From: a virus
Strand: one strand, 5' to 3'
DNA length: 64,000 nucleotides
IMG/VR virus record: IMGVR_UViG_3300028653_000014
Coordinates: 1 to 64,000 of that record
The position numbers were made by a program, and so were the translations under genes. This document shows, one piece after another, positions 9,408-18,716 of this stretch. Position 1 is the stretch's first letter. Every line of letters starts with the position of its first letter. The notes beneath the pieces are model-generated. The model ran no database searches and was not told the DNA's origin. It saw nothing but the letters and a program-made list of their open reading frames with translations.

Positions 9408-9880
9408 CGCACGATCCTGTGGGCCAGCCGCCAGACAGTCGACTGCGATACGCCGAAGCGAGTCGCAACTGCCCGTTGTGTTTCGCCGTGCGCGACAGCG
9501 GCGCGCACTTCCTCGACCTCAGCATCGGTCAATGTCGCAAGATGCTGGTCGAACCCGCGATGGACTGGCGGTGGGCTGAGGCGCCCCTTCGACTTGCAGT
9601 CCTGCATGTTGTCTGCCTGTGTGCCGAGGAACAGATGATCGAAACGAACGCATAGCGGCGTGTCGCACTTATGAAGAACCCACAGATCGTCAGGCAGTTC
9701 GCCGCCGTGAATCACCCACGAGAGACGATGCGCGTACTCCTGCCGTCCGTCGTTTATCAGCGCGCCGTAACTGCTGCTCGTGGGGCCTGTCCAGAGCCAG
9801 CAGCCCTCGCTTCGCTGAACGCAATGCCAGAATCTCTCCTCGACGGTCGGATCAAGCGTGGTGATAGCGCGTCCGCTCAC
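9404..9880 (-). CDS. free-standing HNH homing endonuclease with C-terminal HTH
   Basis: RFW..CWLWTG..AHRLSW..VLHKCDTPLCVRFDHLFLGTQADNMQD; GTG start at 9880. Confidence 0.9.
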   Translation of the reverse strand: MSGRAITTLDPTVEERFWHCVQRSEGCWLWTGPTSSSYGALINDGRQEYAHRLSWVIHGGELPDDLWVLHKCDTPLCVRFDHLFLGTQADNMQDCKSKGRLSPPPVHRGFDQHLATLTDAEVEEVRAAVAHGETQRAVATRFGVSQSTVWRLAHRIVR

Positions 9881-10776
9881 GCAACGTCCTGACGTTCGAG
9901 CGCGAGAAGCTCGTCGAGCCGTGCCTCTGTCTGCTCGCGCGTCAGATCCTCGTGGAGATACACCCAGGCGTAATAGCCCGCCACGAACGGCTTGAACCAG
10001 TCGGAGTGCTCGCTCGGATAGACACGTTCCATCACGACCTTCGACTGGATCGTCAGGTGACACCGCTGGCAAAGGGCCAGGAGATTCCACCAGGCCAGGT
10101 TCGATTTATCTCCATCGGCGTGATGAACAGTCAATATCCGCCATTCCCCTTCGGTGATGAACCCGTCCTCTACGAAGTGGGATGCGACCCCGTCGACGCC
10201 ACCGTCCCACTTCTCGTCGTCGGGCATCCGAAATCGCACGTCGTAGCCGCCTCCGTAGTGGCGGCACTGCAAGTCGCAGCGCGACCAGCGCCCGCCGGAC
10301 GGTTCGACGCCGAGCATCTTCGCGTCACCCTTCGGGATGTACGGGTGGAGGCAGCGGAGGCAGCGATGACCGGCTTCGAGCCTGACGCGCGCCTTGGCCG
10401 ACCCCATGCCGAGACAGGATGGGCAGACATAGCCAAGCGCGCGTATCTGGGGACGCAGCCGCGTGATCGCCGCGTTGACGTTGAATAAGCCTGATTCAGA
10501 ACCGTTCTCGTACACGGAGAGACCCGATTCGCGATGCGTGACCTTCACACCGTTCCCTCCCTGACCGGCGGAGCGAGAGATGGACGCCGTGCCGCGATCG
10601 ACATCGTAGGCCCACGGATGAATCAGATCACCCGAGCCGCCGCACGTCTGGCAGCAGTTCCAGTCGGGTGGGTAGTCGTTGCGGAAGCGGGCGTCGTGTT
10701 CGCCGCGTGACCGTCTCGGCTCCTTGAAGATAGGAACCTCGGGATAGTCGTCAAGCTCGAACAGACGGTCACTCAC
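9877..10776 (-). CDS. HNH-domain protein with zinc ribbon and release-factor-like insert
   Basis: CQTCGGSG/CPSCLGMG; HRCLRC..LTVHHADGDKSN..NLLALCQRCH. Confidence 0.7.
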   Translation of the reverse strand: MSDRLFELDDYPEVPIFKEPRRSRGEHDARFRNDYPPDWNCCQTCGGSGDLIHPWAYDVDRGTASISRSAGQGGNGVKVTHRESGLSVYENGSESGLFNVNAAITRLRPQIRALGYVCPSCLGMGSAKARVRLEAGHRCLRCLHPYIPKGDAKMLGVEPSGGRWSRCDLQCRHYGGGYDVRFRMPDDEKWDGGVDGVASHFVEDGFITEGEWRILTVHHADGDKSNLAWWNLLALCQRCHLTIQSKVVMERVYPSEHSDWFKPFVAGYYAWVYLHEDLTREQTEARLDELLALERQDVA

Positions 10777-10812
10777 AGGCGGTAGCAGTCTATCCGAACG
10801 AGGGCCGGGCCG

Positions 10813-11727
10813 CTACCCCTTCGGGCACTTGTGGCCGCGGCCGTCGGCACGGTCGAGTTCCGCCACGGCGCCGTCGTGGGCCTGCTGCTCAGAGTGGTCG
10901 TACTTCGTCAGCGCCTGCCCGCACGCGACGCATGTGGCGGCCCACCAGTCAGGCCCGTACCACTTCTGGTTGTACGTGCGGACCCGTGGGTCGCGGCCGT
11001 CGGGCGTTACCGCCTCCGTCTGCTCGTAGACGACCGTCTCGATGACCCCGTCGACTAGCCATGCCCCGGCTATCCGGCTTTGCTTCTTGCCCGCGCCAAG
11101 GTCAATACACATCGCCTCGTTGCCGCGGCTCTGTTTGCGGCGTATCTCGTCGCCGACGGTGTGACCTACCAGTTGCGGGAACGCGGAGCATTTCCTCTCG
11201 GCCCAGTCGGACCAGAGGATGCCTCCCTCGGCGTACCAGCCGCCCCGTGACTGGCCGCAAGCGTCGAAAACGGGGTTGCCCTTGTCCTCGCGCCACAGTT
11301 CCCGTAGCCGTGCTTCTGCGGCGGCGGCGGTCTTGAAGTGTCGGCCCCAGTAGGACGACAGTCCGGCATGGCTGACGAGCACCCCGTCGATGGCGATGCA
11401 GGGTCGAATCAGACCGCGCGCGTCGAGTCTGAGTAGATGCTCTCGAATCTCGGGATCACGGAAGAACCCGGAGAACCCGACGGTGATCGTGAAGTACGGG
11501 TGCTCGTGGTTGCCGACCAGGTAGACGTCGAACCATTTCTCCGCCATGCGTAGGCATCTGAGGTCGTCCTGGACGGAGGAGGCGACGCAGTTGCAGAGAT
11601 CGCCGAGTTGTATGACCATTGTGTCGCGATCTAGCCGCCCGAGTTCGTCGGCGATGCCCTGACTCCTCAGCAAGCCATGAACGAGGCCGACGTTGCCGTG
11701 CGCGTCGGGGACAACGAAGGCTCTCAC
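10813..11727 (-). CDS. calcineurin-like metallophosphoesterase
   Basis: DAHGN, GDLCN, GNHE, SHAG, GHT motifs. Confidence 0.85.
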   Translation of the reverse strand: MRAFVVPDAHGNVGLVHGLLRSQGIADELGRLDRDTMVIQLGDLCNCVASSVQDDLRCLRMAEKWFDVYLVGNHEHPYFTITVGFSGFFRDPEIREHLLRLDARGLIRPCIAIDGVLVSHAGLSSYWGRHFKTAAAAEARLRELWREDKGNPVFDACGQSRGGWYAEGGILWSDWAERKCSAFPQLVGHTVGDEIRRKQSRGNEAMCIDLGAGKKQSRIAGAWLVDGVIETVVYEQTEAVTPDGRDPRVRTYNQKWYGPDWWAATCVACGQALTKYDHSEQQAHDGAVAELDRADGRGHKCPKG

Positions 11728-11734
11728 GCGCGCG

Positions 11735-11941
11735 TTACTGGTCGCGGTAGATGATGGCGGACGGGTTGTAGACCTCGGCGATCATCGCGCGAATCCTGAG
11801 CGCCTCAGACGTCGCGACCTTCAGCCCAAGCGTGACCCGTTCGGCGTCCTTCTCGAACGAGGCGTCGACGCGGCGCACGAGCCGCGCGTGCTCCTCGGGG
11901 CTTGCGCACTTGCAGCCTGAGCCTTCCGAACGGCGCGTCAC
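11735..11941 (-). CDS. small hypothetical protein
   Basis: GTG 11941 overlaps the upstream stop. Confidence 0.45.
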   Translation of the reverse strand: MTRRSEGSGCKCASPEEHARLVRRVDASFEKDAERVTLGLKVATSEALRIRAMIAEVYNPSAIIYRDQ

Positions 11942-12477
11942 GGGCACCGCCAGCCGAGGCCGAACTTGCGCTCGAAAACCCGCCACGGGTACCAACGGCC
12001 GTCGTGCCAGAAGCCCCAGTCGCGGCGAAGCGGCCCCATCAGGACGAGAGTCGTCGCTCCGTGCGGCCCGACCTCGGTGATATGCGAATGGGTGGCCGAC
12101 CGGTAGCGAATCGTCGGCGCGTACACGCAGTCGATCGTCCCGTCGGGCTTGATGTCGTCGTAGCCGCCCTGGAGGACGAATGTCAGGAACGAGCGCGGAT
12201 GATCGTGCGCGGCCCTGTCGCTTGCGCCTGGGAGGAACTTGTGCCAGAGCACCTTGAACCAGCGGTTGCTCACGAGCGTGCGGCGAAGCATGAGCGGGCA
12301 CGCCTCGGGGCCGATGATCTCCCAGCCACGGCCGATCTTCCGAGCGGCCTGACCCGCCTGCGGGTCGAGAAGCCCGTCGAAGCCCGAGTCGAGCAGAGGG
12401 CTGCCGGAGCGCAGGGTTGCCGCCTCCTCGATGTCGGCCATCGGGTCGGCGTCCGGCTCGTCCCATCTCGCAGTCAC
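11938..12477 (-). CDS. cupin-fold phage protein
   Basis: HKF..D...HDHPRSFLTFVLQGGY..H.I..TLV..GP..RDWGFW. Confidence 0.7.
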   Translation of the reverse strand: MTARWDEPDADPMADIEEAATLRSGSPLLDSGFDGLLDPQAGQAARKIGRGWEIIGPEACPLMLRRTLVSNRWFKVLWHKFLPGASDRAAHDHPRSFLTFVLQGGYDDIKPDGTIDCVYAPTIRYRSATHSHITEVGPHGATTLVLMGPLRRDWGFWHDGRWYPWRVFERKFGLGWRCP

Positions 12478-12680
12478 GGCTTAGGCCGCCAGATGGCCCA
12501 GAACCCGCACGTCGGGCACTGATGCTGAACGTGCGTCCGCGCCTTCTTCTCCGCCCACGAGTGCCACTGCAGATATCCGTCAGGGGCCTTGGTGTGCTTC
12601 GACGCCTTCGGGCACTCGGCAGCGTTCCGGTAGCCGGGGAACGGCGGCGCGATCAGAAGCTCGGCGGGCGTGCTGGTCAC
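12474..12680 (-). CDS. small zinc-binding protein
   Basis: CP...HT.AP.GYLQW..THVQHQCPTCGFW. Confidence 0.6.
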   Translation of the reverse strand: MTSTPAELLIAPPFPGYRNAAECPKASKHTKAPDGYLQWHSWAEKKARTHVQHQCPTCGFWAIWRPKP

Positions 12681-13252
12681 GACGAGGCCTCTTCGTATGT
12701 CCGATGAGTTGAGATGCGGCGTGCCATTGCGATGAACTCATCCCCCGACATTCGGCCCTTCGTCTTATTGCAATGGAAGCAACACGTGACACAGTTGCTA
12801 TCCGTATAGCCGAGTGACGAATCGTAACGGTCGATGCCGTTATAGGTGAACTGTCCGTAGGCTGAAGGTAACTTCGTCTGGTTCGCCGGAGGCTGGCCGC
12901 AGTAGAAACAAGACCTCCCGAACAAGTCGATCATCACCGCTCGCGATAGATCGAACGAATATCCACGCAGCCGAGCGCCCTGCTTGTAACTGGCGATGAC
13001 ACTGTTCATAGCCGCCTCGCCAGGAGCCAGACCATGCGTTGCACGAATCCGTTCAGCACGTAGGCAGCCGCAACTCTCGCGAGCGCCTCTCTTCAGCACA
13101 TCTCCGTTGACTACCCTTTCCTTGCCGCACGTGCATCGACATCGCCAGTAGTGCCGAAGATGCCCGTCCTTCAGGCGCTTCTCTTTTTCGTATCCGATGA
13201 CCGTCAGTCTGTTTACGACCAGCCCGGTCAAGTCTCTACGTTTACGCGGCAT
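12677..13252 (-). CDS. HNH-type homing endonuclease
   Basis: DLTG...RLTV, WRCRCTCG, SCGC, CFYCG, NGIDRYDSSLGY..NCVTCC..CN..K; lower GC than neighbours. Confidence 0.85.
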   Translation of the reverse strand: MPRKRRDLTGLVVNRLTVIGYEKEKRLKDGHLRHYWRCRCTCGKERVVNGDVLKRGARESCGCLRAERIRATHGLAPGEAAMNSVIASYKQGARLRGYSFDLSRAVMIDLFGRSCFYCGQPPANQTKLPSAYGQFTYNGIDRYDSSLGYTDSNCVTCCFHCNKTKGRMSGDEFIAMARRISTHRTYEEASS

Positions 13253-13621
13253 CTAGGCGGCGGATCTGTTTCTCACTTGCTTGGCACGCTCGGGGACCGG
13301 CAAGTCATAATGCGCGGAGAGCGTGATCCGGATCGCCTCTGCGGTGCCGCGCGGATAGACGGCACCGATCGCGCGTTCCAACTCGACCGGAAGCCGCAAC
13401 ATCAGATACCCCTTGTCGTCCTCCGGCTGCGACTTCCGAACGTTCGGCGTGTACGGCACCTTGAAGTGCTCGCACAAGATCAGGACGGTCAGATCGGTGA
13501 GGGACGTGCCGCGCTCCTGCGCGTCGGCGACCATCCGGGTGCGTAGATCGGGGTGTACGAACCACTCCTGGGTTTTGCGGGAGCGTAGAGCGACGTAGGT
13601 TTGCTCGGACTGTGAACTCAT
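13253..13621 (-). CDS. putative tandem ribbon-helix-helix DNA-binding protein
   Basis: VHPDLRTRM..A..RGTSLTDL..IL and LMLRLPVELERAI..AEAIRITL; leaderless promoter directly upstream. Confidence 0.5.
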   Translation of the reverse strand: MSSQSEQTYVALRSRKTQEWFVHPDLRTRMVADAQERGTSLTDLTVLILCEHFKVPYTPNVRKSQPEDDKGYLMLRLPVELERAIGAVYPRGTAEAIRITLSAHYDLPVPERAKQVRNRSAA

Positions 13622-13668
13622 GGAGTAGCAGTCTACCTAAGCAACGGGCGACGTGCTACCCCGGCGAG

Positions 13669-14133
13669 TCACGCGGGCGTGAGGAAGAGTCCTCCGTCTG
13701 GTTCGGCGGGGCCGTTCGGTGTCGACGTGCCGCGGTCGTACCATCCTTGGACGCGGTAACTGCCAGGCAGGAGACGCTGCCAGTCAGGCTCGAACCCCGA
13801 CACGGCAACATAACTCGCGTCCAGATGGGTGTCGCCCTCCAAGGAGTAGATGTCGAGCGAGTCGATCCCGTTGTTGTCTATCTCCCACTGCACGTAGCAG
13901 TTGTGATGCCACTCGTCCCCGATCGAAAGTCCGCCCGAGGAGCAGAAGGCATAGGACTGAGCCGCGCCGGGCCACCACGCGCACACTCGTGGGCATTCGG
14001 CATGGTGGACGATCTCCCACTCCTTCTCGCCGTCGCCTGGGTCGCTGATGACCAAGACGTGCTCCATGAAGCACGGGTCGTAGCCGTCGGGTTTACGCGG
14101 CCCAGGAAGTCTGATTCGCACGTCAGCGTCCAT
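13669..14133 (-). CDS. hypothetical protein
   Basis: Acidic globular ORF; its stop lies inside a palindrome site. Confidence 0.6.
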   Translation of the reverse strand: MDADVRIRLPGPRKPDGYDPCFMEHVLVISDPGDGEKEWEIVHHAECPRVCAWWPGAAQSYAFCSSGGLSIGDEWHHNCYVQWEIDNNGIDSLDIYSLEGDTHLDASYVAVSGFEPDWQRLLPGSYRVQGWYDRGTSTPNGPAEPDGGLFLTPA

Positions 14134-14296
14134 GAAGGATCTGGTGGATACGGGCAGGGCTGAGCGACGTCGCGGCGGCGATAGCGCGGATGGAGTGCCC
14201 GGCCGTGTGGGCGTCCCGGATGGCCTGGTCGCGGTTCTGCGACATGCGGGTGGCGTTCCGGGCGACCTTCGCGGCCAGTGCGAGCAGGTCGGTCAT
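14123..14296 (-). CDS. small HTH protein
   Basis: RDQAIRDAHTAGHSIRAIAAATSLSPARIHQI. Confidence 0.75.
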   Translation of the reverse strand: MTDLLALAAKVARNATRMSQNRDQAIRDAHTAGHSIRAIAAATSLSPARIHQILHGR

Positions 14297-14841
14297 TGTT
14301 CCATCTCCGCCCATTCGCGGTCCGCATCCCAGATTTCAGGTGGGATCTTCTTAAGCTCGTCGGCGAGGCGTTTCATGTGCGGCAGAGACCTCTTGGCGGC
14401 TTCACCGATCTCGCGCATCGCAGCGTTCGTGTCAAGCGTAAGGAGCGTGAAGATGCGGGCGGCCTCGATAAAGACCCGGTTGCCACCGACGTAGTTGGCA
14501 CGCGGCCGGTTGAACGCGACGACGCAGAAGGCCCAGAACAAGCCGAGCGCGGGGAATGCGAGCAGGTAGATCATGACTTCTCCTTCGGCTGTCGCCCGCC
14601 GCCGGGGCACGATTTGCCGCGACCCATGTGGCCGCCGAACGGGTTGAAGTGCCTCTTGACGAGACCGGCATCGTTCAGACGCACGATGATCCCGCACTCT
14701 GCGCAGCGGATGGGTTCAGTCATCGTCGTCACCCATTCCGATCGACCGGCGTTGCGCGTCGTGCTTCGCGACACGAGCACGTTCTCTGGCGAGCCGCTTC
14801 AACTCTTCACGTTCGCCCTTCGTCATCGGCTTCGGCTCCAT
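14293..14841 (-). CDS. three small genes (14293-14574 membrane, 14571-14723 zinc finger, 14716-14841 short)
   Basis: Coupled starts/stops; TM segment; CAEC..H..C. Confidence 0.5.
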
Positions 14842-14993
14842 CAGACCGCTCCGGCGATCACGTTGATGACGTGCGAGACGCTGATGCCGGTCGTCGTCTG
14901 GAGCGCGATGATGGAGATGAGCGCGATGAGCGAGACGATCATGGCGTACTCGATGAGCGCCTGTCCGCGCTCGTGATGGAGACGGCTGTTCAT
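14841..14993 (-). CDS. Flp/Fap type IVb pilin-like protein (50 aa)
   Basis: Manual translation MNSRLHHERGQALIEYAMIVSLIALISIIALQTTTGISVSHVINVIAGAV; G|QxxxEY prepilin/Flp motif; not in the ORF track. Confidence 0.8.
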   Translation of the reverse strand: MNSRLHHERGQALIEYAMIVSLIALISIIALQTTTGISVSHVINVIAGAV

Positions 14994-15742
14994 AGCCCGT
15001 CCGTTCCCCAGTCGTAGGGGCGGCTCGGCCAGTTACCGAGATACCTGCGCCGCATGACGTTCTGGCGTTTCTCCTCCCCTTCAGACCAGACGATCCAGCA
15101 GGCGCACGCCCAGAGAAGCGCGAGAAGGCCGATGATGGCAAGAAACCAGTAGACGCCGTCCGCGATGCCGGATGGGATCGTCATAGTCCACGCTCCTGTC
15201 GTCGTAGTCGGGTGGCCGCCCGCAGGATGCGGCGGTCGTCGGGGTTGCGCCGGTCGAACTCGCAGGCACGAACCCACGAGAGGGTGTCGTCCAGCAGGTA
15301 GCCGGTCGGGCGCCGGTCGGCGAGGTCTTCGAGATAGGCCGGATCGAACTCTTCCGGCTCGATGCCTCGACCCTTGCAGCGCGGGCACGCGTGGCCGCCA
15401 TCCTCGTCGAAGTCGCCGCCCGCGCCGTCACACTCGGAACACGGGTACTCGCCCGTCAGATGGGGTTCGTTCCCCGTCACACCTGGTGGGTAGTTAGACA
15501 GACTCATACTTCGCCTCCGTTCGATTCGGGCAACCCGTGCGTGAATGAACGCGACCGGGTAGGCCGAGGCACGTACAGCCGTTCTCCGTGAGCGTCGATC
15601 GGAACTCAACGATTTCGGCGTCTCTGCCACGAGGCGGGGAAACCTTGACGCCGTCAGCGATGTCCTCGGCGACCCTGGATGCGATGCCGGAGTCGGGAGA
15701 GTCGAACTCGACGCGAATCGTGATGTCAGCGCAGTACCTCAT
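14990..15742 (-). CDS. three small genes (14990-15184 membrane, 15181-15507 CxxCxG zinc ribbon, 15494-15742)
   Basis: Coupled ORFs; CSECDGAG/CPRCKGRG. Confidence 0.55.
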
Positions 15743-16218
15743 CAGTAGACCTCCTTGGTCGCGATGGCTCCGGGCATGTGCCGGATGGTGTCGTACGCGG
15801 CTCGCTTCTCGTCGTAGCTCGCGGGCAGATCGAGCATCTCGTCGCCGGACGCGCTGACGTAACTCGTGATGCCTTTGCCCGGCTCGAAATCAAGCTGCCA
15901 GCGAGGCGCCTGCACGTACGGCGCGCTCAGCGTGACGGTCATGCAGACCGTCTTGCCGCGTCTCGCGTCAGCGATCATCACCTTGTCGCCCGCGACGATC
16001 TCACTGATCCGGACGGTCTTGCGGTAGGCGGCGACCCAGGCGGCCTTCGCGGCAGCGCCCTTCTTGGTCAACTTGATCCCGGAGCCGCCGCAGCCGTAGC
16101 AGACGGTGCCGTGCATCATGTTGAAGCTGTAGTGGCCGGACCCGGCGCACCGTCCGCACGTCGCGGTCTCGAACAGGTCGGTGGTCTTCATTTTCTTGGG
16201 GCTTTCGATGATCTCCAT
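15742..16218 (-). CDS. DnaJ-type zinc-ribbon phage protein
   Basis: CGRCAGSG..CYGCGGSG; leaderless start. Confidence 0.7.
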   Translation of the reverse strand: MEIIESPKKMKTTDLFETATCGRCAGSGHYSFNMMHGTVCYGCGGSGIKLTKKGAAAKAAWVAAYRKTVRISEIVAGDKVMIADARRGKTVCMTVTLSAPYVQAPRWQLDFEPGKGITSYVSASGDEMLDLPASYDEKRAAYDTIRHMPGAIATKEVY

Positions 16219-16220
16219 GT

Positions 16221-16559
16221 CTAGAATCTTAGACGAGGTGGGGCCGCTTGTCTAGCAGGCTTTACAGACCGTCGCCGCGGCACCAGAGCCTCCAGGATGG
16301 CGCCCTCGTCGGGGCCACGGCGGAGCGTGACCTTCTCGCGGCCAGCAGCAGAGAGCGGCGCCGCGCGCCAGACGTCGAACTCGACGATGATCCCGCCGGA
16401 GAGGAAATCAGACGTCCAGCTATCGGCGAACTGCACGACCTCCCCCACCTTCAGGGGGCAGCGCGGCCCTGCGGTTTTGACGACGTAGTCGACACCGCGC
16501 TCGGGCAGAGACTCCGTGCGTCGCACGGTGCCAGCCGGATCGTCGAACCGCTCGATCAT
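16221..16559 (-). CDS. hypothetical protein
   Basis: ATG 16559 overlaps the upstream TGA. Confidence 0.55.
   Translation of the reverse strand: MIERFDDPAGTVRRTESLPERGVDYVVKTAGPRCPLKVGEVVQFADSWTSDFLSGGIIVEFDVWRAAPLSAAGREKVTLRRGPDEGAILEALVPRRRSVKPARQAAPPRLRF
16226..16254 (-). promoter_or_regulatory. promoter for a leaderless transcript
   Basis: TAGACA-N17-TAAGAT-N7-ATG(16218). Confidence 0.75.
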
Positions 16560-16799
16560 GCGAGGGATTCCTTCGCGGCCTTGACGACGGTGCGCCATGC
16601 GCGCTCCGTCCCGTCGGAGCCGGAGAGCCAGACGCAGTGGAGCGCGGCGATGGTGGTCACTCCACGTTCGGCTTCGCAGCAGAGTTGGTCGCGCACCTCG
16701 TCGATGGCGCGCTCCAGCCGGGCGCCCGTGTGCCCCTTGCCGCGCAGACGGTGGGCGATCGAACGGCCCCGTGATGATGTTCTTTTCTTTCAACGTCAT
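16556..16799 (-). CDS. hypothetical protein with +1 frameshift in the G4 run (16767-16770)
   Basis: Removing one G gives MTLKEKNIITGRSIAHRLRGKG...KAAKESLA, ending on the next ATG. Confidence 0.55.
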
Positions 16800-16806
16800 G
16801 TCTATG

Positions 16807-16834
16807 ATTCTATACGAACTTGGCCGTTTGTCTA
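16807..16834 (-). promoter_or_regulatory. promoter for a leaderless transcript
   Basis: TAGACA-N16-TAGAAT-N7-ATG(16799). Confidence 0.7.
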
Positions 16835-16942
16835 GTCTCCCGCGCTGCTCAACTCACGCGCGCGTGACCCTGCTTCGAGCGCTGGCGCCAACTGAGCGCC
16901 GCGCATCTCAGCCGCCCGCGCTTCACGGTAAAGCCGCCCGAG

Positions 16943-17528
16943 TCAGATGACGTGCTTCCACGTTCGACGCAGAATCATGTCCCTGATCGTCGTGTTCTAC
17001 AACACCATAACTCCTGCCCAGCGAACGCATCGACTCGCCGGATTGATGACGGATGCGTATCTCTCTAACGGTCGCTTCATCGAACTTCGCAAAAGGAAGC
17101 TCTGCGCCGCGTTTTATGAACTCCGGCTTGCGACGTGACGGGTTCTTGTCACCTAGCAGTTTCTTGGACATGGCTGCTCTGGGTTCGATCAGACGGCCTT
17201 TTTTAATCGCATCCTGGGAGTTGTCTGCCCCTGTACCGAGAAAGAGGTGGCCTGGGTTCACGCAGCGCGGATTGTCGCAGTGATGTAGAACCAGGAGTCC
17301 CTCGGGGATTTCTCCGTATGTGACCTCCCACGCCACTCGATGGGCAAGAGCCGTCTTGCCCTTCACCTTGAACTTCCCGTAACTGATCTGGTTCCCTCGG
17401 CGATTAGAAGTCGCCAGCCAGATCCAGCATCCTTCTGAATCTCGTCGGTCAACCTTCATCCAGAACCTCTCGGCGAGAGTCAGGGTCTGAACGAAGCATC
17501 CACCCACGGAAACGACGGGCGCCCTCAT
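16943..17528 (-). CDS. free-standing HNH homing endonuclease (frameshift near 16997)
   Basis: RFWMKV..CWIW..AHRVAW..LHHCDNPRCVNPGHLFLGT..N; the typical tail NTTIRDMILRRTWKHVI is in the +1 frame. Confidence 0.88.
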
Positions 17529-18028
17529 CGAGAGATTTCCCTTCTGTCGGCTGCTTCGATTGCGGCAGGCACGTCTAGCGTTACCTCTCTTATCTCGCGA
17601 CCGCGCATGTCACGAAAGAGTCGCAGAAACTGACCTCTGACCACACCCGGCTCGTCGCTACTACTGAACGCCCTCGACCCACCGACAAGGTCAAGTGCTT
17701 GCCTCACCAATGGATGAGGCGCAGGCGCGCCCTCAGCGCGTTCTAGCGTGCTCTGGCGGGTCCACGCGACGAGGGCTTGCACCTGGCCGAGCGCTTCGGC
17801 TTCGTTCGGCAGGCCGAGCAGATGCTCCGCGCAGGCGGCGCGTATCTGGCCGAGCGTGGGGAACCGGCGCGGGTCGGCGGAGGTGCGGCAGAGATGCACG
17901 ACGGCGGTGTGGAGCAGGTCGACCGGTACGTCTGCGAGGTCGTGGAGGTAGTAGCGGAACGTGTCGGGCGGCACGTTCGCTTCGTAGAACGCGAGCTTCA
18001 GTTCCGCGAGCGCCTCCTGGCGCGTCAC
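17525..18028 (-). CDS. helicase loader/inhibitor G39P-like protein
   Basis: LKLAF..Y...LADVP..L..AV..L......FPTLGQIR pattern; downstream of dnaB. Confidence 0.65.
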   Translation of the reverse strand: MTRQEALAELKLAFYEANVPPDTFRYYLHDLADVPVDLLHTAVVHLCRTSADPRRFPTLGQIRAACAEHLLGLPNEAEALGQVQALVAWTRQSTLERAEGAPAPHPLVRQALDLVGGSRAFSSSDEPGVVRGQFLRLFRDMRGREIREVTLDVPAAIEAADRREISR

Positions 18029-18207
18029 GGCTTCTCTCGCCAACGCCAAACCGGGCTGCCGAGCAGCGGCGTCCTGTGATCCAGGCGGCGTTCGGCGGTC
18101 TCCAGCCACAGCCAGCGGCCCGCGTCGGTCTTGTGAGGCACGAAAGCGAACACGGGATGCCAGCGCTCCAGCCTCTTCTCCCGCGCGATCATCTCGTCGA
18201 GTCTCAC
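18025..18207 (-). CDS. small hypothetical protein
   Basis: WHPVFAFVP....GRWLWLE motif; coupled. Confidence 0.5.
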   Translation of the reverse strand: MRLDEMIAREKRLERWHPVFAFVPHKTDAGRWLWLETAERRLDHRTPLLGSPVWRWREKP

Positions 18208-18716
18208 GGCTGCACCATGTTCCCAAACTTCGCGAAGCGGCGACGCTTCCTGCCTTCGCGCTGGCGTCGGTTGACGCAAGTTCTGCACGCACGATGCCCG
18301 GATGGCGTCCTGATCGTATTCTCCGGGGTGAAGGGGTGGTCGTGCTTGCAGACTTCCGGGGGCTTTCTATGGGCACGAACCTCTTTCGCTGAAGGCCGCA
18401 GACCAACCCGAACGTCGTACTCGTAGTGGTGCTTCGGACAGAGTTCAACGTAACCAGACTCGTCGTGGTACTGATGCGTCAGATGAGCCATGTGGGTGCG
18501 ACCGACAAAATCGCAACCTTCCTGCGTGCATCTTCCGGTCGCAGCCTTGCGAGCGCGGAGATGAAGTGCCTTTTCGCCAGCTTCTGTGCCTTTCCAGTTG
18601 GTTACACCTTCCCCGAAGATTGGGTTGGCTCGTCTCATTTCGATATCGCACTGACGGCATTTAGCCGCGCGTTTCGCACGAAGACCGCGCCCGCACTCGC
18701 ATGGGATCATCTTCAT
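18204..18716 (-). CDS. HNH-like endonuclease with C-terminal CxxxH..C..C finger
   Basis: NWKG..ALH..THMAH..ELCPKHH..YD; CKHDHPFTPENT..RACRTC. Confidence 0.7.
   Translation of the reverse strand: MKMIPCECGRGLRAKRAAKCRQCDIEMRRANPIFGEGVTNWKGTEAGEKALHLRARKAATGRCTQEGCDFVGRTHMAHLTHQYHDESGYVELCPKHHYEYDVRVGLRPSAKEVRAHRKPPEVCKHDHPFTPENTIRTPSGHRACRTCVNRRQREGRKRRRFAKFGNMVQP

Noticed and set aside
1277-16868. Three near-equal spacings between palindromes (3183, 3193, 3185 bp)
   Set aside because: The other twelve spacings range from 673 to 7508 bp, so coincidence cannot be excluded
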